From positions 64,268 through 128,267 of the forward strand of contig CAKPEF010000003.1 in the NCBI GenBank assembly GCA_934149305.1: a stretch of DNA of 64,000 bases. The letters are read 5' to 3'. The number at the start of each line of letters is the position of its first letter. The first letter of the stretch is position 1. Of this stretch, positions 9,652 to 18,357 are shown one piece after another. The notes beneath the pieces are model-generated. The model did no database searches. It was not told where the DNA came from and was given only the letters and a program-made list of their open reading frames with translations. The position numbers and the translations under genes are program-made. The DNA is from an uncultured Clostridia bacterium (GTDB taxonomy: Bacteria; Bacillota; Clostridia; TANB77; UBA1234).

Positions 9652-9725
9652 TAATAATAAAAGCAATATACAATTGCTAAACGATAATGTAAATTGACTT
9701 ATTTCATATAAGAGGAGGATTAAAA

Positions 9726-10715
9726 ATGAAAATTTTATTAACTGGTGGAGCAGGATATATAGGTTCACATACGGCAGTTGAGCTGTTAGAAGCTGGACAT
9801 GATGTTGTAATAGGTGACAATTTTGTAAATAGCAAACCTGAGGTTTTAGAAAAAATAAAAGAGATTACACATAAAGATTTTAAATTTTATGAAACAGATT
9901 TTACTGTTAAAGAGCAGGTTGAAGAGATATTTAAAAACGAAGATATCGATGTTGTAGTACATTTTGCGGGATTAAAGGCTGTTGGAGAGTCTTGCAGTAT
10001 ACCAATTAATTACTATAGAAATAATATAGATAGCACTCTTACACTTCTAGAAGTGATGAAAAAATATGATGTTAAAAACTTAGTATTTAGTTCATCAGCA
10101 ACGGTATATGGAATTCCTAAAGAAGTACCGCTAAGAGAAAACATGCCTACATCTTGCACAAACCCATATGGCTGGACAAAACTTATGAATGAACAAATAT
10201 TAACAGATGTAGCAAAAGCTAATCCAGACTTGTCTATAGTTTTACTTAGATACTTTAATCCAATAGGGGCACATGAAAGTGGTTTGCTTGGAGAAGATCC
10301 AAATGGAATACCAAACAATTTAATGCCATACATAACAAAAGTTGCAAAAGGAATATTACCAAACTTAAATGTATTTGGAAATGATTACCCAACAAAGGAT
10401 GGAACTGGCGTTAGGGACTACATACATGTTGTTGATTTAGCTAAAGGGCATATAAAAGCAATAGATTATAGTGTGACACATAGAGGGATAGAAACATTCA
10501 ATTTAGGCACAGGAAAGGGCTACAGTGTATTAGATATAGTAAATACATTTGAAAAAGTAAATCATGTAAATGTGCCATATCAAATCGTAGAAAGAAGACC
10601 AGGTGACATTGCAGAATGCTATGCAGATCCATCAAAAGCAGAAAGAGTACTTGGATGGAGAGCAGAAAAAGGACTAGAAGACATGTGCAAGGATGCATGG
10701 AACTTTGTTAAATAA
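9726..10715 (+). CDS. galE: UDP-glucose 4-epimerase
   Basis: MKILLTGGAGYIGSH Rossmann motif, YxxxK (YGWTKL), conserved GalE C-terminus (DPSKAERVLGWRAE). Confidence 0.9.
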   Translation: MKILLTGGAGYIGSHTAVELLEAGHDVVIGDNFVNSKPEVLEKIKEITHKDFKFYETDFTVKEQVEEIFKNEDIDVVVHFAGLKAVGESCSIPINYYRNNIDSTLTLLEVMKKYDVKNLVFSSSATVYGIPKEVPLRENMPTSCTNPYGWTKLMNEQILTDVAKANPDLSIVLLRYFNPIGAHESGLLGEDPNGIPNNLMPYITKVAKGILPNLNVFGNDYPTKDGTGVRDYIHVVDLAKGHIKAIDYSVTHRGIETFNLGTGKGYSVLDIVNTFEKVNHVNVPYQIVERRPGDIAECYADPSKAERVLGWRAEKGLEDMCKDAWNFVK

Positions 10716-10727
10716 ATAAAAAAATAT

Positions 10728-10766
10728 AGCTAATCTTCAAAGGAAGATTAGCTATATTTTTTACTT
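10728..10766. terminator. bidirectional terminator between convergent galE and the ATPase gene
   Basis: ATAGCTAATCTT-caaagg-AAGATTAGCTAT flanked by A-run and T-run. Confidence 0.7.
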
Positions 10767-13301
10767 ATAATTTATAGTTGTTGAATTATTAGATGTAATA
10801 GAATTTATATTTATTTCGTTTTTATTACTTGGCTTTTTTAAAGTTTCAACAACAAAATCATTTATCCCATCATTATCAACATCAATAAAAATCTCGTTTG
10901 CATTTGAATTAGTATTATTTTCTTTTATAACAGCATTAGTGTCAATTACATTATCTCTACTATAAGAAAGTATTTTTGAATCATTATAGTTACCGCCACC
11001 AAAGAAACTTGAATTAGCTTCTTCTCTTGAAGAACTGTGTTCAAAAGCTCCAAAATCATATGTTGCCATCTTATGTTTGTCATAGTATTTCTTATCAATA
11101 AAATCAGTTTTTCCTCTTCCGACAATTGTTTTTCCAGCCTCATTTTTTGTTTTATATACACATGTCTTAAATGGTAAAGTTGTAAGCTTTCCGGCTTTAT
11201 AGTAAGGTACATATGCTGTTTCTGCAGCCATCAAATTAGCTGTAATTTTATCTGCTCCCTCTGATGTTTTAGAATCAGCAAGTATTCTCTTATACTTCCA
11301 TTTTTTCTTGTTGCCAAGTTCTGCAGCCCAGTATTCAGACTCTTCAGCTGTCATATCACCAAATAAGATTTGAGTTTTAGTATTTGTAATGATAACGTCT
11401 TTAAAGTAGGCAAGTGATTTATTTTTAGTCAATTGTGATAAGTTCTGAATTGTAATTAAAGTACCACAACGATATTTTCTAAATAGAGTAAAGAATGCTT
11501 CAGTGTCTTTATTTACATATAGAGGAAACTCATCAATGTATATAAAGTGAGGTGTTCTAGTGTCTTCAATTCCAGGTCTTCTAAGAACAGCATCTTTAAA
11601 TGACAATATAGCGAACATACCAAAAGCCTTTTGATGTATTTCACCCAAATCACCTTGTCTAGTACATACTGTAATTATTTGACCATCTTGAAGAGCAGCA
11701 TCTAAATCTACATTGTTTGTTCTACTACATAATACTCTTTTGATTCCAGGGTTTCTTAAAAAGTTATCAAGCTGGGTAATAGCACCATAAACAAATTTTT
11801 CTGTATCTTTTCTACCACTACCAAATGTAGATGCTATTTCATATCCATGAATATTAACTGGTGGTTTGTAAAAGTTCTTTTCAAAATAGCCAATTAAAGA
11901 TTTATAATCTTCAGCGAGTTCAGGGTCTTTTTTTAGTACTTCGCACATTTCTTCTGCCAAATCAAAGTTATTCAAAATAGAAAGCATGTCTTCAAGTGTA
12001 GGAACATCACCATTATGCATTCTTGGGTAAACAAGCTTTAAAAGAATAGCTAAGTTTTCAAAAGCCTGTTGAGTAACATTAGCAAAGAAGACATTATCAC
12101 CACTTGAATTTTCAGATTCATACATACCTTTTAAAACAGTAGAAATTATTGCTGCAACTTTTGCTGGGTCTTTACCTATGAATGGATTTATTCCTAGAGT
12201 TTCAGGATTCATAGGGTCAATTATATTAACAGGAATATCATAAGAAGTAGCAACCTTTTGAACTCGTTCAATACAAGCATTATCAGGAGCAACAAGTGTA
12301 AAACCTATTCCTCTATAATACATCTTTCCTGTTTCTGGATCAGTATATTTAAGCATATCACCAACATATTTTTTATATTCACTAACTCTACCATCTCTAG
12401 GTTTTAAATAAGATAGTGTAAAGTTGGCATTTAAAAATTCATTACTGTATGGAACTTCAAGAGTAGCAAGGCCAGCTTGTAAAGCGTTAAAACCTAATTT
12501 TTTACTAACTTCTCTAAAAAAGTATTTTCTCTCTAAGTCCATAGCGCACATAGGCTCAACAATCATAGAAGTTTTACCTGTACCAGTAGCACCTTGTACG
12601 AATGTAGCTTCAAATCTTTTCTTTTCAGGAATAACTGCAGGTTTACCAGTTTGATCATCTAAACATATGTGAGCATCACACATAAAAGTAGATGGGATTT
12701 TCTTCATACTTTTAGCAGTTTGAAGTTTAAATCCTTTAAAATCTTCAAATGAATCAATCCAATCTTGGTCTGCATCCATAACATCATTAACATAGTAGTC
12801 AATGGTTCCTCTAATCGAAAGAAATGGTAGCAATAGAGAAGCAGCTCTAATCGCAGAACTAACAGTCTCTGGAAATATAGTGGCAATTCCTTTAAAATTG
12901 CCAAAATGCATAAGTGCTATCCATAAAAACTCATTAACCCATTGTGCAGCCATTACTATGCAAATAGTTCTGAAAAGAACAGAGTATTTAACATACGCTT
13001 TCATAGGAAGCGTAATAGTGTTACACATGGTAGAAGAACAATAAAAACAATATGCACATACTGTAACAAAAAGAGCAAGTGTATATTTAATTGGTGACCA
13101 ATATGAAACACATTGACCTGTAAACATCATTACTAACAATTCTATAACTCTATCTACTGTAAAATAGACCGCGAGAATAGAGAAAATGTATGTAAAAAAA
13201 TCATTTAATGTAATCTTAAATGGTTTTAGCAAAATGTCATTGATAGGGTCAAGTATTTTTCCTATAATCTTTTTTAACATGCGTTTATTACCTCCAAACA
13301 T
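10761..13301 (-). CDS. membrane-anchored P-loop ATPase, type IV coupling protein (TraG/TraD/VirD4)-like, with Asn-rich C-terminal tail
   Basis: Several N-terminal TM helices; Walker A GATGTGKTS; Walker B HFIYIDEFPLY (DEF as in T4CPs); 846 aa; C-terminal low-complexity N/S-rich region; no other conjugation genes nearby. Confidence 0.55.
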   Translation of the reverse strand: MFGGNKRMLKKIIGKILDPINDILLKPFKITLNDFFTYIFSILAVYFTVDRVIELLVMMFTGQCVSYWSPIKYTLALFVTVCAYCFYCSSTMCNTITLPMKAYVKYSVLFRTICIVMAAQWVNEFLWIALMHFGNFKGIATIFPETVSSAIRAASLLLPFLSIRGTIDYYVNDVMDADQDWIDSFEDFKGFKLQTAKSMKKIPSTFMCDAHICLDDQTGKPAVIPEKKRFEATFVQGATGTGKTSMIVEPMCAMDLERKYFFREVSKKLGFNALQAGLATLEVPYSNEFLNANFTLSYLKPRDGRVSEYKKYVGDMLKYTDPETGKMYYRGIGFTLVAPDNACIERVQKVATSYDIPVNIIDPMNPETLGINPFIGKDPAKVAAIISTVLKGMYESENSSGDNVFFANVTQQAFENLAILLKLVYPRMHNGDVPTLEDMLSILNNFDLAEEMCEVLKKDPELAEDYKSLIGYFEKNFYKPPVNIHGYEIASTFGSGRKDTEKFVYGAITQLDNFLRNPGIKRVLCSRTNNVDLDAALQDGQIITVCTRQGDLGEIHQKAFGMFAILSFKDAVLRRPGIEDTRTPHFIYIDEFPLYVNKDTEAFFTLFRKYRCGTLITIQNLSQLTKNKSLAYFKDVIITNTKTQILFGDMTAEESEYWAAELGNKKKWKYKRILADSKTSEGADKITANLMAAETAYVPYYKAGKLTTLPFKTCVYKTKNEAGKTIVGRGKTDFIDKKYYDKHKMATYDFGAFEHSSSREEANSSFFGGGNYNDSKILSYSRDNVIDTNAVIKENNTNSNANEIFIDVDNDGINDFVVETLKKPSNKNEININSITSNNSTTINYK

Positions 13302-13416
13302 TCATTTTATTGACAAAAGACATCAACTATATTATGCTATATTTTAAGCAAAATTTCAAGTCAAATCACTACATTTTATATAAAATTATGTAAATTTACT
13401 AAAATGGAGGAAAATT

Positions 13417-13975
13417 ATGGTAGTAATAGTAGGACTTCGGAAATCCTGGTGAAAAATATGCTAATACAAGGCACAATGCAGGCTTTATGGTAATTGATGA
13501 AATTTCTAAAAAATATAACATAAAAGTTGAAAAAGAAAATTTTAATGGTTTAATAGGAAAAGGCGAGATAGATGGCGAAAAAGTAATATTGGTAAAGCCA
13601 CAAACATATATGAATTTAAGCGGTGAATGTGTTGTTCAAGTGTTAAACTTTTATAAAATAGAACTGTCAGATTTAATAGTAATCTATGATGACATAGATG
13701 TTTCACTAGGAAAGATAAAAATAAGGCCAAAGGGCAGTGCGGGAACGCATAACGGAATGAGAAACATAATAAGTATAATAAAAGATGAGAATTTCCCTAG
13801 AATTAGAGTTGGAACAGATAAGCCAACAGAGGGAATTGCTTTAGCGGACTATGTATTAAAAAAGCTCACAAAAGAAGAAAAAGAAAAGATGGATATGGCT
13901 GTAGAAAATGCAGCAAAAGCAACTATAGAAATAATAAAAAATGGTTGTGAAAAAGCGATGAATATGTATAATTAG
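13417..13975 (+). CDS. pth: peptidyl-tRNA hydrolase, frame interrupted by a 1-nt insertion at about 13438
   Basis: GGAGG RBS, MVVIVGL then R K S W stop; deleting the C at 13438 gives [28 protein letters not shown] (canonical Pth N-terminus) continuous with the 13487-13975 frame. Confidence 0.85.
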
Positions 13976-13987
13976 TGGGAGTGTAAA

Positions 13988-15154
13988 ATGAACGAGTTAA
14001 TAATAAATAAAAATAAAGAAAAATCATCAATAGAAATTGGAGTGCTAGAAGAAAATAATATTTCAGAAATTTATGTGTACGAAGGAAAAAAAGAAAGCAT
14101 AATAGGTAACATATATTGTGGAATTGTTCAAAATGTTGTTGATGGAATGCAAGCAGCGTTTGTGGACATTGGAATTGAAAAAAACACATTCATATCAATA
14201 AAAGATGCACTTCCAAAGGTTGATGTTGCTAAAGAAGAACTTGTCATAGACAAAAATATGTCAGAAATATTAAAAAAGGGAGATAAATTACTAGTACAAG
14301 TAAGAAAAGAGCCATCAGAAGAAAAAGGTGCAAGAATATCTACCCATGTGACATTACCGGGAAATTATATAGTTTTAATGCCTAATACGAATATAATTAC
14401 GATATCTCAAAAAATAACTGATGAAAATGAAAGTTCTAGATTAAAAAAGGTTGTAGGCGAATATTTGCCAAAAGGCTTTGGTGCGATAATAAGAACAGAT
14501 GCGGAAAACATCGCTCCAAACATATTAAAAGTAGATATTGAAGAGACTGTAAAAAAGTGGAATGAAATAAAAGAAAAATATAAAGAAATGCAAGAGTATG
14601 GGATAATATATGATGATCATGACATAACACTAAAAGCAGCAAGAGACATGATAAATCAAAACACAGAAAAAATATATACAAACGATGAAGAAATATACAA
14701 GAAAATGCAAGAAATAGCAAGCATAAAAGAGAAAAAAATTGAGTTTTTAAATGTAGAAAATATATTCGAAAAGTTTGGGATTTCAGGAAAAGTAGAAAAA
14801 GTAGGCGATAGAAAGGTATGGCTTAAGTGTGGTGGTTACATAGTTATAGACAAAACAGAAGCATTAACAGCAATAGATGTCAACTCTGGAAAATATGTTG
14901 GTAATAATAATTTAGAGCAAACAGCACTTAGCGTAAATACAGAAGCCGCAACCGAAATAATGAAACAGATACGTTTAAAAGATATAGGTGGAATAGTTAT
15001 AATAGATTACATAGATCTAGAAACTAAAGAAGACCAATTAAAAATAATAGAAACAATGAAAAAAGAAGCAAAAAAAGACAGAAGCAAGATAGATATAAAA
15101 GGTTACACAAAGCTAAATTTAGTGGAATTAACTAGAAAAAAGCTCTATATGTAA
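13988..15154 (+). CDS. rng: Rne/Rng family ribonuclease (RNase G-like, short form)
   Basis: S1 domain GNIYCGIVQNVVDGMQAAFVDIG, catalytic region DVNSGKYVGNNNLEQTALSVNTEAA..GGIVIIDYIDLE; ends after the LVELTRKK motif, no Zn-link or small domain. Confidence 0.75.
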   Translation: MNELIINKNKEKSSIEIGVLEENNISEIYVYEGKKESIIGNIYCGIVQNVVDGMQAAFVDIGIEKNTFISIKDALPKVDVAKEELVIDKNMSEILKKGDKLLVQVRKEPSEEKGARISTHVTLPGNYIVLMPNTNIITISQKITDENESSRLKKVVGEYLPKGFGAIIRTDAENIAPNILKVDIEETVKKWNEIKEKYKEMQEYGIIYDDHDITLKAARDMINQNTEKIYTNDEEIYKKMQEIASIKEKKIEFLNVENIFEKFGISGKVEKVGDRKVWLKCGGYIVIDKTEALTAIDVNSGKYVGNNNLEQTALSVNTEAATEIMKQIRLKDIGGIVIIDYIDLETKEDQLKIIETMKKEAKKDRSKIDIKGYTKLNLVELTRKKLYM

Positions 15155-15259
15155 AATTTTACTTGTAAAATCCAAGACGATGTGCTATTATATATACGCA
15201 GTAAAACTGCCTTGCTCTATACTAGATATAGGGCCATAAGTCCAAAAGGAGGTGTAAAA

Positions 15260-15541
15260 ATGCAAAATAATTACGAAACAATCATGATAGTTAACTCAAA
15301 CCTTGAAGAAGCTGTTATAAAAGACACAATTGCAAAAATTAGTGCTTTAATCAGCGAACATGGTACAGTTGAATCAACTGAAGAATGGGGAAAGAAAAGA
15401 TTAGCATATCCTATCAAAAAACAAAATGAAGGTTATTATGTTTTAATCAACTTTAGTAGCAACCCAGAATTTATTAACGAACTTGATAGAATTTATAACA
15501 TCACTGATGAAGTTATCAAACATATCATAGTTAAAAAATAA
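15260..15541 (+). CDS. rpsF: 30S ribosomal protein S6
   Basis: AAAGGAGG RBS then ATG 15260 (the track start 15182 lacks an RBS); NYETIMIVNSNLEE .. YYVLINFS S6 pattern. Confidence 0.9.
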   Translation: MQNNYETIMIVNSNLEEAVIKDTIAKISALISEHGTVESTEEWGKKRLAYPIKKQNEGYYVLINFSSNPEFINELDRIYNITDEVIKHIIVKK

Positions 15542-15553
15542 GGAGGAACTTAT

Positions 15554-15991
15554 ATGAATAAAGTAATCCTAATGGGAAGGCTAACAAGAGACCCAGAGGT
15601 TAGATACACAAGTACTAACAACACACTTGTAGCTTCGTTTTCACTTGCAGTTAATAGAAGATTTGCAAGACAAGGCGAAGAAAGACAAGCAGATTTTATC
15701 AATATAACAGCTTGGGACAAAACAGGAGAATTTTGTAGTAAATACTTCAAAAAAGGTCAACAAGTTGGAATTATTGGAAGAATCCAAACTAGAAATTATG
15801 ACGATAAAGATGGCAAAAAAGTATATGTTACAGAAGTAGTTGCAGAGGAAGCATATTTTGCAGATAGCAAACGTGAAGGCGAAGCTATGGGCAACCCATT
15901 TGGTGGAAATCAAATGGCAGATGCACCATTTAATGCAAACAACGCTCCAAGCGATTTTAATCAAGTAACTGATGATGATTTGCCATTCTAA
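15554..15991 (+). CDS. ssb: single-stranded DNA-binding protein
   Basis: MNKVILMGRLTRDPEVRYT OB-fold N-terminus; acidic C-terminal DDDLPF tail. Confidence 0.9.
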   Translation: MNKVILMGRLTRDPEVRYTSTNNTLVASFSLAVNRRFARQGEERQADFINITAWDKTGEFCSKYFKKGQQVGIIGRIQTRNYDDKDGKKVYVTEVVAEEAYFADSKREGEAMGNPFGGNQMADAPFNANNAPSDFNQVTDDDLPF

Positions 15992-16040
15992 TGCAGATCG
16001 TACATAGTTCTATAAAATTCGAGGTAGGAGGGAATAGGAA

Positions 16041-16328
16041 ATGTCTGAGAAAAAAGGAACAAAGAAATACAACAACAGAAACAATAATAATGACGATGAT
16101 GCAATGCCAAGACAAAGAAAAATGAAGAAAAAAGTTTGTATGTTTTGCGCAGATAAAGCATTAGTTATTGATTATAAAGAAGCTGATAAATTAAAGAAAT
16201 TTGTTAGTGAAAAAGGTAAGATATTACCAAGAAGAGTAACAGGTCTTTGTGCTAAACATCAAAGAGAAGTTACACTTGCTATTAAGAGAGCTAGACATAT
16301 TGGATTATTACCATATACAGCTGAATAA
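16041..16328 (+). CDS. rpsR: 30S ribosomal protein S18 (with Asn-rich N-terminal extension)
   Basis: [46 protein letters not shown]18 core. Confidence 0.9.
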   Translation: MSEKKGTKKYNNRNNNNDDDAMPRQRKMKKKVCMFCADKALVIDYKEADKLKKFVSEKGKILPRRVTGLCAKHQREVTLAIKRARHIGLLPYTAE

Positions 16329-16354
16329 TAGTTTTTAAATTTAAATAGGCTTTA

Positions 16355-16392
16355 AAGAGAGAAATTATTTAATAGTTTCTCTCTTTTTTCTT
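16355..16392 (+). terminator. rho-independent terminator of the rpsF-ssb-rpsR operon
   Basis: AAGAGAGAAA..TTTCTCTCTT hairpin plus T6. Confidence 0.75.
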
Positions 16393-16485
16393 GCCTTTTG
16401 TTTCTAAAATGTTATACTAAAAATATATGTATCTAAACAAAATAGTGAAAACTAATTTGTGAAAAAATATAAAATAGCTGTGAAA

Positions 16486-16555
16486 ATGTAGCTTAAGCTT
16501 AAGTGTGCACTGTAAAATTAGTAAATACAACCATAAATAAGATGGAGGAGATAGT
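16486..16555 (+). repeat. diverged copy of the GTGCTCCATAAAA repeat family with fused leader and RBS
   Basis: ATGTAGCTTAAGCTTAAGTGTGCACTGTAAAATTAGTAAATACAACCATAAATAAGATGGAGGAG; parallels 47719-47782. Confidence 0.7.
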
Positions 16556-17035
16556 ATGCAAAACAAAGAATTTATAAATAAAGAAAACGGCATAACAATG
16601 GTAACAGTAATAGTGATGGTAGTAGTTATTACTATAATTTCTGTTATGTCTATAATATCTTCAAAAACTATCTTTAAAGAATCAAAAGAAGAAGCTTTAA
16701 AGCAAAATAAATTTGCAGTAGAAACCGCTGTATCAAAATATGCAGCTAAAGCCGCAACAAGCGGGGTATTAACACCAGCAAATGTGCCACTACCAGGTTT
16801 GCAAAATCCAGAGTTTGAAAAATTAAGCGGTGATTCAGAAGAAAACTATGAAAAAATTAAAGTTGGAGTCGGAAAGGACTGGTATTTACTTAGAAAAGAT
16901 GAATTAGAAAGCATAGGGGTAACATATATAAATGAAAATTATCTTGTAAATTATAAAAAGAACATAGTAATACCGCTTTCAACTAGTGAAGATGTATTTT
17001 CACTTGTTGAATACTATGAACAAAATGAACAATAG
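16556..17035 (+). CDS. hypothetical protein with N-terminal TM helix (weakly prepilin-like)
   Basis: GGAGG RBS; NGITMVTVIVMVVVITIISV hydrophobic segment after a Gly; no canonical G-F/M-xxxE motif. Confidence 0.5.
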   Translation: MQNKEFINKENGITMVTVIVMVVVITIISVMSIISSKTIFKESKEEALKQNKFAVETAVSKYAAKAATSGVLTPANVPLPGLQNPEFEKLSGDSEENYEKIKVGVGKDWYLLRKDELESIGVTYINENYLVNYKKNIVIPLSTSEDVFSLVEYYEQNEQ

Positions 17036-17044
17036 ATAAAAAGA

Positions 17045-17105
17045 CTATCATGATTCTTGAAATATTATTTCTATATAACATTTCAAAAATCGTGATAGTC
17101 TTAAT
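17045..17105. terminator. long-loop hairpin between convergent genes
   Basis: GACTATCATGAT ... ATCGTGATAGTC arms with AT-rich loop, T/A runs on both sides. Confidence 0.5.
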
Positions 17106-17126
17106 TTTTGAGGTAAACTATGTACC

Positions 17127-17714
17127 TTAAAAATCTATTTGTATCACACTATATTTAGTTAAATTATTCTTTGGATTTATACCTAAAGTAATTGATATAT
17201 TATTCATATTAGTTGATTCGCCATCCTCGTTTTTAGAGATATCGCAATTTATAAATATTTTTTCACCATTTCTTTCAATTTTATTTATCTTAGAGATTTT
17301 AAAATATTCTGGTGAAGAGCCTAAGTAATAGTAATATGAGTTTTCACTATCATACAGATAATAAAAATCATCAATAACAATTGGAGCTTCAATATAAAGA
17401 CCTGTTAATTCACTAATTAGAGTATGCAAAGTATCTTTTTCAACATATTGAAAATACACATCATCTTGGTTACCATCATTCGCAAGACCGATTTCAGTAG
17501 CGTACTGCATTGCAACATCTAATAGCATACTTTCAGAGTATGAATCTTTAGAAAAATTGCCCAAATTCACTAAAATATCTAAATGAGCATCTTGCTTAAT
17601 TGTATCAATTTCTTCTTTTGATGTTATAGACTTATTTGCACCAAAAATGCATATAAAAATGGTGACAATTGCAATAGATATTAGTGCGATGACAGGCAAT
17701 AAAAACTTTTTCAT
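17127..17714 (-). CDS. hypothetical membrane-anchored protein
   Basis: GAGGAGG RBS then ATG (MKKFLLPVIALISIAIV TM anchor); the track start at 17729 is GTG inside the RBS. Confidence 0.6.
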   Translation of the reverse strand: MKKFLLPVIALISIAIVTIFICIFGANKSITSKEEIDTIKQDAHLDILVNLGNFSKDSYSESMLLDVAMQYATEIGLANDGNQDDVYFQYVEKDTLHTLISELTGLYIEAPIVIDDFYYLYDSENSYYYYLGSSPEYFKISKINKIERNGEKIFINCDISKNEDGESTNMNNISITLGINPKNNLTKYSVIQIDF

Positions 17715-17887
17715 AATAATCCTCCTCACGGTACGCTAGTTATGTGTAATAATTATAACATTTCTACATTAAATCTCAATAAAATAAACCTTAAATTTAT
17801 GTTACAGTTTTATTACAAATATGACCTATATGTTACTACTACGCAGCTATAAAAAATGCATATCGGATGTAATTGTATTTTATGGCA

Positions 17888-17920
17888 ATGTAGCTTAAGC
17901 TTAGGGGTGCTCCATAAAAA
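17888..17920 (+). repeat. GTGCTCCATAAAA family copy
   Basis: ATGTAGCTTAAGCTTAGGGGTGCTCCATAAAAA. Confidence 0.85.
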
Positions 17921-17965
17921 TATTACTGTTTAGCATTTAACATAAATTAAGGGTTACTATATAGG

Positions 17966-18044
17966 CTTCAAAATAAAAGTATATGCCAAATGTAAATGTA
18001 TGCTATAAAAATGTCGAGGAGCTTAGGCGTGCTCCATAAAAACA
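17966..18044 (+). repeat. about 80-bp direct repeat (copy 1) containing a GTGCTCCATAAAA core
   Basis: CTTCAAAATAAAAGTATATGCCAAATGTAAATGTATGCTATAAAAATGTCGAGGAGCTTAGGCGTGCTCCATAAAAACA; about 95% identical to 20831-20910. Confidence 0.9.
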
Positions 18045-18357
18045 TTATAATTCAGCTTTAAGTCTGAATAGTAAATGTTAAAAAATAAAAAGTATTGTTT
18101 TCTTTAAAAATTTGTGCTATCTTTATAAAAGATAAAGATGTTAGAAACATCAATAAAAATAAAAGGAAGTGTCTTTTTGTTAATTGTATAATATTACAAG
18201 AGCATAAAATGAATAAAGTATTTCTTTAAAAGTCTAACTTTTAAGGTTTATTTTTTGCGTGTAATATTATAGATTTAATTTAAGTTTAAATAAAACTGAT
18301 TGAAATCTATGGATTATTTTGCATGTCCATAGATTTTTGGTTTAGGAGGAAAATAAA

